A stretch of 56,956 nucleotides of DNA, from positions 1-56,956 of the forward strand of contig JBAQFI010000014.1 in the NCBI GenBank assembly GCA_049287185.1. The letters are read 5' to 3'. Both the position numbers and the translations under genes were made by a program. Positions 7,690 through 16,326 of this stretch are shown piece after piece. This stretch comes from Minisyncoccia bacterium (GTDB taxonomy: Bacteria; Patescibacteriota; Minisyncoccia; Phycocordibacterales; GWA1-40-21). The stretch's first letter is position 1, and the number at the start of each line of letters is the position of its first letter. The notes under the pieces were generated by a model. It ran no database searches and was not told the DNA's origin. It worked only from the letters and a program-made list of their open reading frames with translations.

Positions 7690-8547
7690 CTGGCACCTCG
7701 TGCAATAGTGAGTGCCACGTCCAGCATGTCTTATTTTAACCAGTTTACCACCACAAACTTTACAAGGGTCTTTTTCACGGCCATAAACATAGAGATGTGG
7801 AACAAAACCACCTTGGCTACCATCACTACGACGATAGTTTCTTGAAGAGGTTCCACCATGTTTTATAGAAAGTTTCAAAACACCGACTAACTTTTCATGA
7901 AGTTTTTTTACATCTTTATCGGTAAGTGATTTAACTTTTCTATCAGGCCTGAGACCGGCTAGGAAGCAGGATTCATCAGCGTAGATATTTCCGATGCCAG
8001 CAATCATAGTTTGATCTAGTAGAAGTTGTTTAATTGTTTTATTTGAGTGCTTCTTAAAAATATTAATCAAATAATCAACGGTAAAGTCTTTTGATAAAGG
8101 TTCAGGACCAGTTTCTTCAGTCATTTTAGCTAAGGCTTGTTTATCAACAAGTTTTGACCAGCCAAACTTTCGCATATCATTAAAATAAAGATGTGAGTTG
8201 TCAGTAAATTCAAAAATAATCCTAGTATGTTTGCCAGGAGCCTGAATATCTGAAGTAGGGTGGCCCCCAGAGATCATTTTTTTACCATTCTTCGGCACAT
8301 AAATTAATTGTCCAGTCATTTTTAGATGAAAAAGTAAAAAATTATCTTTCTTTAGATTCAAAATAATCATTTTCGCCCGACGATCGGCAGAAATTATAGT
8401 TTGACTTTGAAGTTTTTTTATAAAATCAGCAGGGGAAAGGGGAAGAACGGCTTTGTTATACAAAACTTCGACTTTTTTTATAGTGTGGCCAGATAATAGT
8501 TTATCTAGCTCACGGCGTAGGGTTTCAACCTCAGGTAATTCAGGCAT
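7684..8547 (-). CDS. mutM: formamidopyrimidine-DNA glycosylase
   Basis: N-terminal MPELPEVE, H2TH region, C-terminal zinc finger CxxC...CxxC. Confidence 0.9.
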   Translation of the reverse strand: MPELPEVETLRRELDKLLSGHTIKKVEVLYNKAVLPLSPADFIKKLQSQTIISADRRAKMIILNLKKDNFLLFHLKMTGQLIYVPKNGKKMISGGHPTSDIQAPGKHTRIIFEFTDNSHLYFNDMRKFGWSKLVDKQALAKMTEETGPEPLSKDFTVDYLINIFKKHSNKTIKQLLLDQTMIAGIGNIYADESCFLAGLRPDRKVKSLTDKDVKKLHEKLVGVLKLSIKHGGTSSRNYRRSDGSQGGFVPHLYVYGREKDPCKVCGGKLVKIRHAGRGTHYCTRCQI

Positions 8548-8641
8548 GTAATTAACTCAAAAATCAAAACTCAAAGTTCAAAACTAAGATGTTGTGATAG
8601 AAGAGATATTTGAATACTAGGATAAACTAGGACAAAAGAAA

Positions 8642-8672
8642 AGCCTGGCAGGTGCTTTGCACCTGCCAGGCT
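8642..8672 (-). terminator. terminator hairpin after the Mur ligase gene
   Basis: AGCCTGGCAGGTGC/GCACCTGCCAGGCT perfect stem. Confidence 0.55.
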
Positions 8673-8681
8673 AATCAATTT

Positions 8682-9944
8682 CTATTTTTTAAGTTTTCTT
8701 AATTCTTCTCTTGCCACTTCAGCATCATTCCAAGCCTCCTTTTTACCATTTGCTCTCATAATATAAGGATCTGTACCTTTGCCAGTAATTAGTACGGCAT
8801 CGCCCGGTTTGGCCTCTTTGAAGGCGGTAGCTATGGCCTGTCGGCGATCCATGATGATTTCTAAGGGTTTTTCGGTGATTTCTTTGGCCATATCTTCAAC
8901 AATTCCACGTGGATCATCATCATATGGGTCTTCATCAGTTAGAATAATATGTGAAGCATGTTTCTCAGCGATATTAGCCATTTCAATTCTTTTCCATTTA
9001 TCTCGGCCACCACCGGTGTTTCCAAGGACGGCAATAATGCGAGAAGATTGGAAAACCTCATAAAGTTTTTCTAGTGAATCTGGAGTATGAGCATAATCAA
9101 CAATAACAGTAAAATTTTGACCCTCATCGATTTTTTCTACGCGACCACGAATACCAGAGAATTTTTCCACCGCGCGTTTAATAATTTGATCAGAAACATT
9201 TTGACTTTTAGCAAAAGTAGCCGCTGCTAAAATATTATAAATGTTAAATAAACCAGAAAGTGGAGAAGTAATTTTTTGTCCGCCCCAAGTAAACTCACAA
9301 CCCTCTTTTTTAATTTCAAAAGGCTCAACATCCTTGATGGAATAGGGAAGTTTAGTTGGAACATTAATATTTAAAAATTTATTTCCTTCTTTATCATCAC
9401 TATTTGAAACAATTATTCGGTTTGGCTTCTTAGATTTTTCTAAAGCTTTGGCAATTTCCAATTTTGCAGCTAAATAATTTTCATAGGAACCATGAGATTC
9501 AATATGCTCAGGGGCTAAGTTGGTAAAAATTAGAGCATCCAAGTTTATAAACTTATGTCGATATTGAACAACTGCTTGAGAAGTGATTTCTAAAATGACA
9601 TATTCACATTTTGCGTTTACTGCCTGACGAAGAAACTTCTGCACAAAAAAGCGACCAGGTAAGGTCATTTTGTACATATTATTTTTTGAGTCATCACCAA
9701 TTTTGAAACGCAAAGTTCCAGCTAAAGCAGTTTTGAAACCAGCTTCTTCTAAAATAGCATTAATAATCTCGGCAGTTGAAGTCTTGCCCTTGGTACCAGT
9801 GATGGCAATAACCTTTATTTTTCGACTGGGGAAACGATAAATCAGGGCTGCTAGAAAGGCTAATTTCCAATGATATATCGGTTGAAGGGAGGAAAATATC
9901 TTGGTTGGTATAATTTTTTTTATTTGGCGCAAAATTTTATTCAT
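8682..9944 (-). CDS. Mur ligase family protein (MurE-like)
   Basis: ATP-binding motif ITGTKGKTST and DYAHTPDSL. Only 420 aa, and it lacks a long N-terminal domain. Confidence 0.7.
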   Translation of the reverse strand: MNKILRQIKKIIPTKIFSSLQPIYHWKLAFLAALIYRFPSRKIKVIAITGTKGKTSTAEIINAILEEAGFKTALAGTLRFKIGDDSKNNMYKMTLPGRFFVQKFLRQAVNAKCEYVILEITSQAVVQYRHKFINLDALIFTNLAPEHIESHGSYENYLAAKLEIAKALEKSKKPNRIIVSNSDDKEGNKFLNINVPTKLPYSIKDVEPFEIKKEGCEFTWGGQKITSPLSGLFNIYNILAAATFAKSQNVSDQIIKRAVEKFSGIRGRVEKIDEGQNFTVIVDYAHTPDSLEKLYEVFQSSRIIAVLGNTGGGRDKWKRIEMANIAEKHASHIILTDEDPYDDDPRGIVEDMAKEITEKPLEIIMDRRQAIATAFKEAKPGDAVLITGKGTDPYIMRANGKKEAWNDAEVAREELRKLKK

Positions 9945-9957
9945 TTTTTTCTTTTTT

Positions 9958-10035
9958 CTGTCATCCTCGCGAAGGCGGGGATCCAGGTCTTTATTAAATT
10001 AATACTGGATTCCCATCTTCATGGGAATGACAGAG
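9958..10035. repeat. palindromic intergenic repeat, family B (diverged)
   Basis: CTGTCATCCTCGCGAAGGCGGGGATCCAGG...CTGGATTCCCATCTTCATGGGAATGACAG. Confidence 0.75.
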
Positions 10036-10049
10036 GGGAGCAGACCACT

Positions 10050-10628
10050 TTATTTTCCTAATTTTTTTAATGCATAGCGGATTCTTTCCTTGGTATCTTT
10101 AATGTCTGTCGGAATACCTTTCAAAGCCTCTCTAACATCCTCGTGACTATAACCGATTGTCTTCAAAGCTTCAAGGACTTCTACTTCACCTTGGAGACTA
10201 GAATCAGATTCGTCAGTCGTGAGATGAATCTTGTCTTTCAGTTCCAAAACAATTTTTTCTGCTAGTTTTTTTCCTATGCCGGAAACTTTGGTTAAGTGAG
10301 AAGTATCTTCAGTGGCTATTGCCCTTCGTAAAATAGTAACTGGACTGACATTCATAACGCCGAGAGCACTTTTTGGTCCAATGCCAGAGATAGAAATCAA
10401 TTGCTCAAAGAAATCCAAATCATCTTTAGTTTCAAAACCATAAAGGTCTGAAGCATCTTCACGAATAACATGGTGAATCCAAACGGATAGGGAAGTTTGT
10501 TTTTTGTTGGCCTTACGACAGAGTTCGCCAGTGGAAAATACTTTATAGCCAATACCGTTATTCTCTAAAACAAAATAGCGATCACTAGTATCAATCACAG
10601 TTCCGATTAAATGCATTATCATATTCAT
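10050..10628 (-). CDS. ruvA: Holliday junction branch-migration protein RuvA
   Basis: MNMIMHLIGTVI... N-terminus, HhH motifs (GIGPKSA, GIGKKLAEKI). The start was moved to an internal Met because the 22 codon upstream extension of the ORF (to 10694) looks spurious. Confidence 0.85.
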   Translation of the reverse strand: MNMIMHLIGTVIDTSDRYFVLENNGIGYKVFSTGELCRKANKKQTSLSVWIHHVIREDASDLYGFETKDDLDFFEQLISISGIGPKSALGVMNVSPVTILRRAIATEDTSHLTKVSGIGKKLAEKIVLELKDKIHLTTDESDSSLQGEVEVLEALKTIGYSHEDVREALKGIPTDIKDTKERIRYALKKLGK

Positions 10629-10718
10629 ATTATAAAGGTCAAAACTTCTATCCGCAATGCTATGCCATAAGAAAAAGTCTGGTTTGCTAGGCAAACCAGA
10701 CTTTCATTAGTCCAAACT

Positions 10719-10955
10719 TTATTCTGCTTCACAGCCGTTGATAAATCCAGCTATAAACATAGCCTGGACAGGAATTTCCTTGGCGCTGATAGCTGATATT
10801 TCTGTGACCTTTATCACATCAGCGACCAGCTTTGCCTGTTCCTCGGTAATTCTTTTCCTAGGGTTAACCCCCTGAAGAACCCTGTTAATAAGACCTTTGT
10901 GTGCGGTATCCACTGATCCAGCCACATCAACCTTCAAAAAAGTTTCTACAACCAT
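10719..10955 (-). CDS. hypothetical small protein
   Basis: 78 aa ORF with a GGAG-like RBS upstream. No family is recognised. Confidence 0.4.
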   Translation of the reverse strand: MVVETFLKVDVAGSVDTAHKGLINRVLQGVNPRKRITEEQAKLVADVIKVTEISAISAKEIPVQAMFIAGFINGCEAE

Positions 10956-11145
10956 TTTAGTCTCCTTTTGTTTAAGTTGTCTATTTAAAAGTATACTCTA
11001 TATTTTACTATTTGTCAATAAGCGAAATAATCTAAAATTCAGGATATCTCTAATGGCTTGTCTTTTCGAGATTTTGTGCTAGTATGGTTTTACTATCAAT
11101 AAAAAATCCGTGTCAAAAGGTTTTTAAAAAGATAACAATTAACAA

Positions 11146-11409
11146 ATGCCAATAACATCATCAGCCAAAAAAGCTCTAAGAGCTTCAAAACACAAGAAAG
11201 TTTTCAACTTACGCCGTAAGAATGTCTCCAACGATGTGATTAAGGAATTGAGAACTTTGGTAGCCGACAAAAAAATAAAAGAAGCGAAAGCTCTTTTACC
11301 ACGTGCTTATCAAGTTTTGGATAAATCAGTTAAGACCAAATTAATCAAGAAAAATACTGCTTCTCGTTTAAAATCAAGATTGTCCGCACTGATTAAGAAA
11401 AATCAATAA
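11146..11409 (+). CDS. rpsT: 30S ribosomal protein S20
   Basis: Basic 87 aa protein with a MPITSSAKKALRASKHK... N-terminus typical of S20. Confidence 0.9.
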   Translation: MPITSSAKKALRASKHKKVFNLRRKNVSNDVIKELRTLVADKKIKEAKALLPRAYQVLDKSVKTKLIKKNTASRLKSRLSALIKKNQ

Positions 11410-11412
11410 AAG

Positions 11413-11440
11413 AAAAAACCGCCTGAGGGCGGTTTTTTTT
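11413..11440 (+). terminator. intrinsic terminator
   Basis: AAAAAACCGCCTGAGGGCGGTTTTTTTT. The same hairpin sequence recurs at 21744-21771. Confidence 0.8.
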
Positions 11441-11480
11441 GTAGAAAAGAAAACCCCGCACTTAAAGTTTGGGGTTTTGT

Positions 11481-11738
11481 CTACGCGTTTTGTTGTTGAA
11501 GAGTAAAAAAATCTTCCTGCGTAATTTCTTGATAGAGATAGCAACGATCATCTTCTTCTGGTCTACAACAGTCACAGTCCCAATCAGCTTCCCAAGAAAA
11601 ATACTTTCCTTCGGGAGTTAGAAAAACATGGGGTTTAGAGTGATTTACTCTCCTAATACATTCAGGAAGGTATCCGTCATGTCTGTCGCCGAGAATTTCT
11701 TCTCGTCTAGCAACAATAATTCCACAGCGTGTACGCAT
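11481..11738 (-). CDS. Cys-rich hypothetical protein
   Basis: Strong AAAGGAG RBS 5 nt before the ATG at 11738, which is the internal Met of ORF 11481-11753. Contains CDCC and other Cys residues. No family is recognised. Confidence 0.5.
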   Translation of the reverse strand: MRTRCGIIVARREEILGDRHDGYLPECIRRVNHSKPHVFLTPEGKYFSWEADWDCDCCRPEEDDRCYLYQEITQEDFFTLQQQNA

Positions 11739-11829
11739 AATTACTCCTTTCAAGTTTTAAACTATCTATTTAGAGAATATATTAAAAGACAGGGAATATC
11801 AATTAATTTGGAGTTAAGACAAAATAATT

Positions 11830-11985
11830 CACTTGGACCGCTTCGCTTATCTTCCCAGCGCTCGGTTTCGCCGTCGCTTCACCGAGCTGGGACGCGGTCT
11901 CGAATTTCTCGCTGGTACTCGAAATATACTCGACCGTTCGATTCCTAACTTTTGATATACTCATATCAAAAGTTAAGTGGGGGGA
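11830..11985 (-). repeat. tRNA-3'-end-linked structured element, type C body, matched to tRNA-Arg(GCG)
   Basis: On the minus strand: TCCCCCCACTT, a hairpin (AACTTTTGATAT/ATATCAAAAGTT) and AGGAATCGAAC. Joined together these are the reverse complement of the last roughly 22 nt of the tRNA at 20407-20478. The 47 nt core matches 4764-4810 with one mismatch. The element ends GGTCCAAGTG, echoing tRNA ...TTCCAAGTG. Confidence 0.8.
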
Positions 11986-12037
11986 CATTATAAAAATCGG
12001 CTTTTCTTAAAAGAAAGCCGATTTTTATAATGTCCCC
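11981..12037. terminator. 24 bp perfect palindrome (bidirectional terminator-like) containing a displaced tRNA 3'-end remnant
   Basis: GGGGACATTATAAAAATCGGCTTT ... AAAGCCGATTTTTATAATGTCCCC. The arm at 12031-12040 reads GTGGGGACA on the minus strand, resembling the tRNA-Arg(GCG) 3' end GTGGGGGGACA. Confidence 0.7.
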
Positions 12038-12180
12038 ACAACAAGAAATTATTATAACCATTTTGAGTGATAGAAATTATATAGAAAGCTTATATGAGAA
12101 AGTCAGATATATAAGAGAGATGAGTGTGAATTAAATTACTATCTCCACTTAGTATATTAAATTTCTTAAAAACATAAAAA

Positions 12181-14316
12181 TTACCATTTTATTTCGAGTT
12201 CCTTAAATGCATTTTTGATTAATAATCTCCCTTCTCTCTGATAGAAACTATATTTTATTGGGCCAGTGGCTCTTTTGGTCGATTTTGTAAAAGCGTGGGA
12301 CAATTCACTTTCAAGTCTTTTTTCGTGAATACTTTTAGTCATTTTGAATATTAACGGATATTTTCTTTCAAATCGGCTATTTTTACTAGATACTGATCCA
12401 CCAATATTTCCTAAAGTGTAATTACCGATTGTCACATCATGCTTAAATAATGATTTCAGTAACAGATCATTAAAGACGTCCATGTAATTTACCCATGCAG
12501 TAATATCAATACCTGCTTTTCTACAACAATTAAAAGCTTTCTTTCGAGCCTCTTCATAATCTGTCCCGAAGATACTTCGCCAATTAATATTTTTAATTTC
12601 ATTGTTCATCCATTTGTTAAAATAGATTTCTATACTACACCAGTTAGCACCAAAGGGTAGCCTTTCTATTAAACCAGACTCTTTGAGAATATTTGCCGCC
12701 CGCAAATTAATATTTTTTTTAATACCCATAATTGGTAACTCACGTTTAACCATGATTACAGCTGCAACGCAAGCGACATCGTTTGACTTATCTCTTATTT
12801 TTTCATTTATGATTTCAGTGAGTCTTTTTGGGCTCAAATTATCATTATCTAGAGCTTGAACTAAAGAAGATCTTACATACCATTCTTTCGGCCTGAGTGC
12901 AAAATCCATTTGCTTTGAAGTGTTGATTAGGTTTTCTCTTATAATGGGTTTCCCAATTGCTATGTGTAAAGCAACTTCAGACTCTAATACTCTTGGATGC
13001 CACTCTTTTTTTAATAAACGATTAAGGCGATTTTTTTGGTCATGTCTAATTCTTCCATCAAGTGTTTCAAAAAGTCCTGCCGTTATGGTTGTATAGACGG
13101 GTTGGCTGTTTATTTCCTTAATAATTAGATTCACGATTGTTTTCGGAAGAAACTTGTATCGCTGAAAATATTGAAAAACTGCTTCAAAATTAGCTGGGTA
13201 TTCCATAAAAATACGCCAGATACGGTAATTTATTTGAGAAGAGGGAATGATTTGACTAAGCGTGAATTTAAAAAGTGTCTGATTGGTTATTTTATATTCT
13301 TTTGTTAATGAAATTATTTTCTTTCGTAGTTTAGTTTGGTTGGTCACCCTCCATTCAGTGGGTGGATCTGTAGGTCTACTTATAGATTTAAGCTCATTCT
13401 CAATATCTTTCACTTTATGTATTTTGATTTTATTACTTTGTGGAAAAAGACCAATATTTTTACTTAGCCTATCAAAACGGACTAACATTTTACGTAATTC
13501 TTTTTCTGATTTTGCAAATAATCTTATATCATCAACATAACGCATATAGCGTATGTGTGGTCGGCTACCATAACCGACATCAAAATATTTTAATACGACT
13601 TCTGATAGAATTCCTGAACTTAATGGACCTTGAGGAATACCGTGATTATGATAGATTTGAGTTGATTCGTTTCCAGTCCACTTACTTAAACAGTTCGTTA
13701 GTAAATCAATGAATTCATTATCGCAATTTATTTCCTTTAGAAAATGACGTAATACTTTATGATCAATACTGTCGTAACAGGCGGTTAAATCAAAGCTAGC
13801 TGTATACACTAGTCCTTTTTTAAAAGATTCTCTCGCCATCTCATTAAACTGCTGATATCCATCAGACCATTTTCTATAAAACCAAACGCTACTTTTACCA
13901 GCATAAAGATTACCAAAATTTTTCACATAATAGTTAGATTTGATTTTTGGAAAAAGATGTTCGGCAATAACATTAGTCATTGCCTGATAAATAATCTGAT
14001 CTTCAATAGTAAGTAGTGTGTATGGACGAAGAACCCCCGATGGTTTAGGTATAAAAATTTTACATCCATGGCTTGGCTCGTAAATATTTTTCTGGATTTG
14101 TTCTGATAAATCCTTAATGATGTAATCTTCTATTAAAAGATAATTAGAGTAAAGATCACGAAAATACCCTTTATATCTCCTATCAGGGTTACTTTTAATC
14201 CAACGCCAAGCACGTTGGATATTTCTTCTATCAAGAACCTCGTTAATTGTTGAAGTATAATTTGGCATATATAATTGATAATATCCATTTAATACACCAT
14301 AATAAAAGGATATCAA
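12181..14316 (-). CDS. reverse transcriptase with a C-terminal extension of about 400 aa (Abi/UG-like, not a group II intron or retron type)
   Basis: RT motifs are readable: KPSGVLRPYT (1-2), FDLTACYDSIDH (3), GIPQGPLSSGILSEV (4), YMRYVDDIRLF (5) and GLFPQSNKIKI (6-7). The ORF start at 14316 is TTG, with an alternative ATG at 14268. Confidence 0.85.
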   Translation of the reverse strand: MISFYYGVLNGYYQLYMPNYTSTINEVLDRRNIQRAWRWIKSNPDRRYKGYFRDLYSNYLLIEDYIIKDLSEQIQKNIYEPSHGCKIFIPKPSGVLRPYTLLTIEDQIIYQAMTNVIAEHLFPKIKSNYYVKNFGNLYAGKSSVWFYRKWSDGYQQFNEMARESFKKGLVYTASFDLTACYDSIDHKVLRHFLKEINCDNEFIDLLTNCLSKWTGNESTQIYHNHGIPQGPLSSGILSEVVLKYFDVGYGSRPHIRYMRYVDDIRLFAKSEKELRKMLVRFDRLSKNIGLFPQSNKIKIHKVKDIENELKSISRPTDPPTEWRVTNQTKLRKKIISLTKEYKITNQTLFKFTLSQIIPSSQINYRIWRIFMEYPANFEAVFQYFQRYKFLPKTIVNLIIKEINSQPVYTTITAGLFETLDGRIRHDQKNRLNRLLKKEWHPRVLESEVALHIAIGKPIIRENLINTSKQMDFALRPKEWYVRSSLVQALDNDNLSPKRLTEIINEKIRDKSNDVACVAAVIMVKRELPIMGIKKNINLRAANILKESGLIERLPFGANWCSIEIYFNKWMNNEIKNINWRSIFGTDYEEARKKAFNCCRKAGIDITAWVNYMDVFNDLLLKSLFKHDVTIGNYTLGNIGGSVSSKNSRFERKYPLIFKMTKSIHEKRLESELSHAFTKSTKRATGPIKYSFYQREGRLLIKNAFKELEIKW

Positions 14317-14567
14317 CTATAATTCCAAGTTTACCTTTACCTAGAATTAAAGCAAATTATTGTTTTAGTCAGATTAAAAGTAGAGTAGAAAAAATCATGG
14401 AAAATCATGGATTTTATATCTATTCAAAAAGGCGGGAAAAGGTATGAAATTCTAACTTGCTACGTTATCCACCAGATAGCACATAAAGAACGTCAAATTA
14501 GGGCGTTTAGACGCTTAGAAACGATGTTAGTTACCTATTGCTGTTTAGCTTATTCAGTACTTTTAAT

Positions 14568-15194
14568 TTATTCCTTAGGTATCCAATTATAATCTTTATC
14601 TATCTCGCTTAACTGTAATGAAAATTTTTGAATTTCATTTAAAATACAAATCTTAATAAAATCTTCATAACCAGAACCTGAAAGACTACCTATATTTTGA
14701 AGTTCGCAAGCAACCTTTCTGTGTGTACTCCATGAATCCTTATATTTTTTAAGATTATCAATTATATAATCGTATTCCGCTGTGGGAGCAAAATAATCTA
14801 AATTTTCTCTCGTTATTTTCGTATTATTTAAATCCTTGATAAGTTTTTCAAATTGTTGATTTGAAGCTAATTCATTTTTATTAAATAAATTAGACAGACA
14901 TGTTTTATAATGATCTGGACAAATCTCATTGATTTCCTTCAAATACACATCACTGCTTATCAAAAGATTTTCATATACATCTTTTTGTGTTTCTGTGAGT
15001 GTATACATTTTACTCCATTCAAATCCTGCATTTTGGCATTCCTCAATAGTAATATTCTTCTGTAAAGATTTTTGACTATTGAAATAAATAAACAGGGCAA
15101 CTATTACTAGTAAAAATATTATGATGCAAATGGCACCTTTTTTAAAGAGATTTTCCTTCACAAAAGAGAGAGGGTTTTTAATTTTTTTTATCAT
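14568..15194 (-). CDS. N-terminally anchored hypothetical protein with conserved Cys pairs (possibly DUF1311/LprI-like)
   Basis: One TM helix (AICIIIFLLVIVALFIYF) followed by a helical Cys-containing ectodomain. The family assignment is weak. Confidence 0.45.
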   Translation of the reverse strand: MIKKIKNPLSFVKENLFKKGAICIIIFLLVIVALFIYFNSQKSLQKNITIEECQNAGFEWSKMYTLTETQKDVYENLLISSDVYLKEINEICPDHYKTCLSNLFNKNELASNQQFEKLIKDLNNTKITRENLDYFAPTAEYDYIIDNLKKYKDSWSTHRKVACELQNIGSLSGSGYEDFIKICILNEIQKFSLQLSEIDKDYNWIPKE

Positions 15195-15221
15195 ATTTTT
15201 TATTATACTTTTTTAGGTGGT

Positions 15222-15446
15222 CTATATAAGTCTATCGTTAGCATTTTTATCAGCATTATCAACAAAATAATCCGCCGTTAAACTAACATTCTTTGGCATA
15301 TCCCTGTATATATCTTCCGCGAGCCTTTTTGTCTCAAGTAATATGCCATTGTGCTGTCTAATCATTTCAAGCGCTATATAACTCTTCAGTTTGAAGTAGA
15401 AAACGATTATTAAAACTATTATTGTAATGAGGATGGTGTATATCAT
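15222..15446 (-). CDS. small single-pass membrane protein
   Basis: 74 aa with N-terminal TM helix MIYTILITIIVLIIVFYF. Lies 27 nt from the next gene in the same orientation. Confidence 0.45.
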   Translation of the reverse strand: MIYTILITIIVLIIVFYFKLKSYIALEMIRQHNGILLETKRLAEDIYRDMPKNVSLTADYFVDNADKNANDRLI

Positions 15447-15472
15447 AATGTTTTTTATTAAATTATTAAAAC

Positions 15473-16081
15473 CTATTTACGTTTTACCTTACCTAATGAC
15501 CAAATAATAAAATCTAATGCTTTAATATCAGATATTTTTGATTCACTTACATTAAACCTTTTTCTAAACTTTAAAATTACTTTTTTAACCTTACTATCCT
15601 TTAATAAATTTGAGTACATCTGCTTTAAATATTCATATATTTCTATGCAGGATTTGACCTTTTCTCTCTTAGTTTCGCCAGTTCTTTTTTTGTGAATTAC
15701 ATCTGAGACTTCTGCATCAAAAATAGGATTATTATTATCCAGTGTGTGTAATAGTTTAGTGGCGAAGCTAAATTGAATTGTATTTTGACCTTTCCGGTTG
15801 GGAAATTTATATAACTCTAATAAAATAGACCCTAAATCGTTTTTCTTTTTAGTTAATAATTTAAAGTAAAAATCTTTTATATCGTCACCTAACCCAGCGT
15901 TATCTAATTTATAATAGGACCTGAAAACAAATTGGAATAATGTATTGTTTTTAATGTTATCTTTTTCGTGTTCATTTTTTAAAAATAAATAAATGCAAAT
16001 ACTCTCACAATTTATATTGGATAATATTTTGTCCTGATTGCCTAGGATCTCCTTTATTATTCTTTCTAATTCTTGAAGCAT
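15473..16081 (-). CDS. hypothetical protein (first gene of the minus-strand island cassette)
   Basis: 202 aa soluble Lys-rich ORF. No family is recognised. Confidence 0.45.
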   Translation of the reverse strand: MLQELERIIKEILGNQDKILSNINCESICIYLFLKNEHEKDNIKNNTLFQFVFRSYYKLDNAGLGDDIKDFYFKLLTKKKNDLGSILLELYKFPNRKGQNTIQFSFATKLLHTLDNNNPIFDAEVSDVIHKKRTGETKREKVKSCIEIYEYLKQMYSNLLKDSKVKKVILKFRKRFNVSESKISDIKALDFIIWSLGKVKRK

Positions 16082-16326
16082 TTGGTCGTATCTAAACGAC
16101 CTAGTAGTAAGGCACGAAAAATCCTCACACTAGGAAGGTTTTTAAGCCTATGTATCAGTTTCCCAATACAACGCACGATACGCCCTAATATGAGGGTTTT
16201 CTGTATCGTGCGATTATTGACCGTGCCACCAGCAAAAGCTAATGGGTTAGGTCCTACGGAATATTCAGTTGTCCATTAATATTAACATTTACAGGGCTTT
16301 CTGCAATAAATAAGTTACCAACTGCA

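Noticed and set aside
10629-10694. The 22 codon N-terminal extension of RuvA.
   Set aside because: RuvA proteins begin directly with the OB-fold strand (M-I-x-x-L-x-G). The extension is non-conserved-looking and the internal Met cluster MNMIMH fits the canonical start. The exact choice among the three Met codons remains uncertain.
12041-14567. The reverse transcriptase as a group II intron-encoded protein.
   Set aside because: No GUGYG 5' end is present. No domain V-like GC hairpin lies in the roughly 140 nt after the stop, which is AT-rich with no 34 nt conserved helix. There is no X/maturase plus En layout. The upstream gap of 251 nt is too short and unstructured for domains I-IV.
12181-14567. 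The reverse transcriptase as a retron or DGR component.
   Set aside because: At 711 aa it is twice the size of retron or DGR RTs. It lacks the retron VTG region and has YVDD rather than YADD. No a1/a2 inverted repeats with an msd-like hairpin were found upstream. No template/variable repeat pair was seen nearby.
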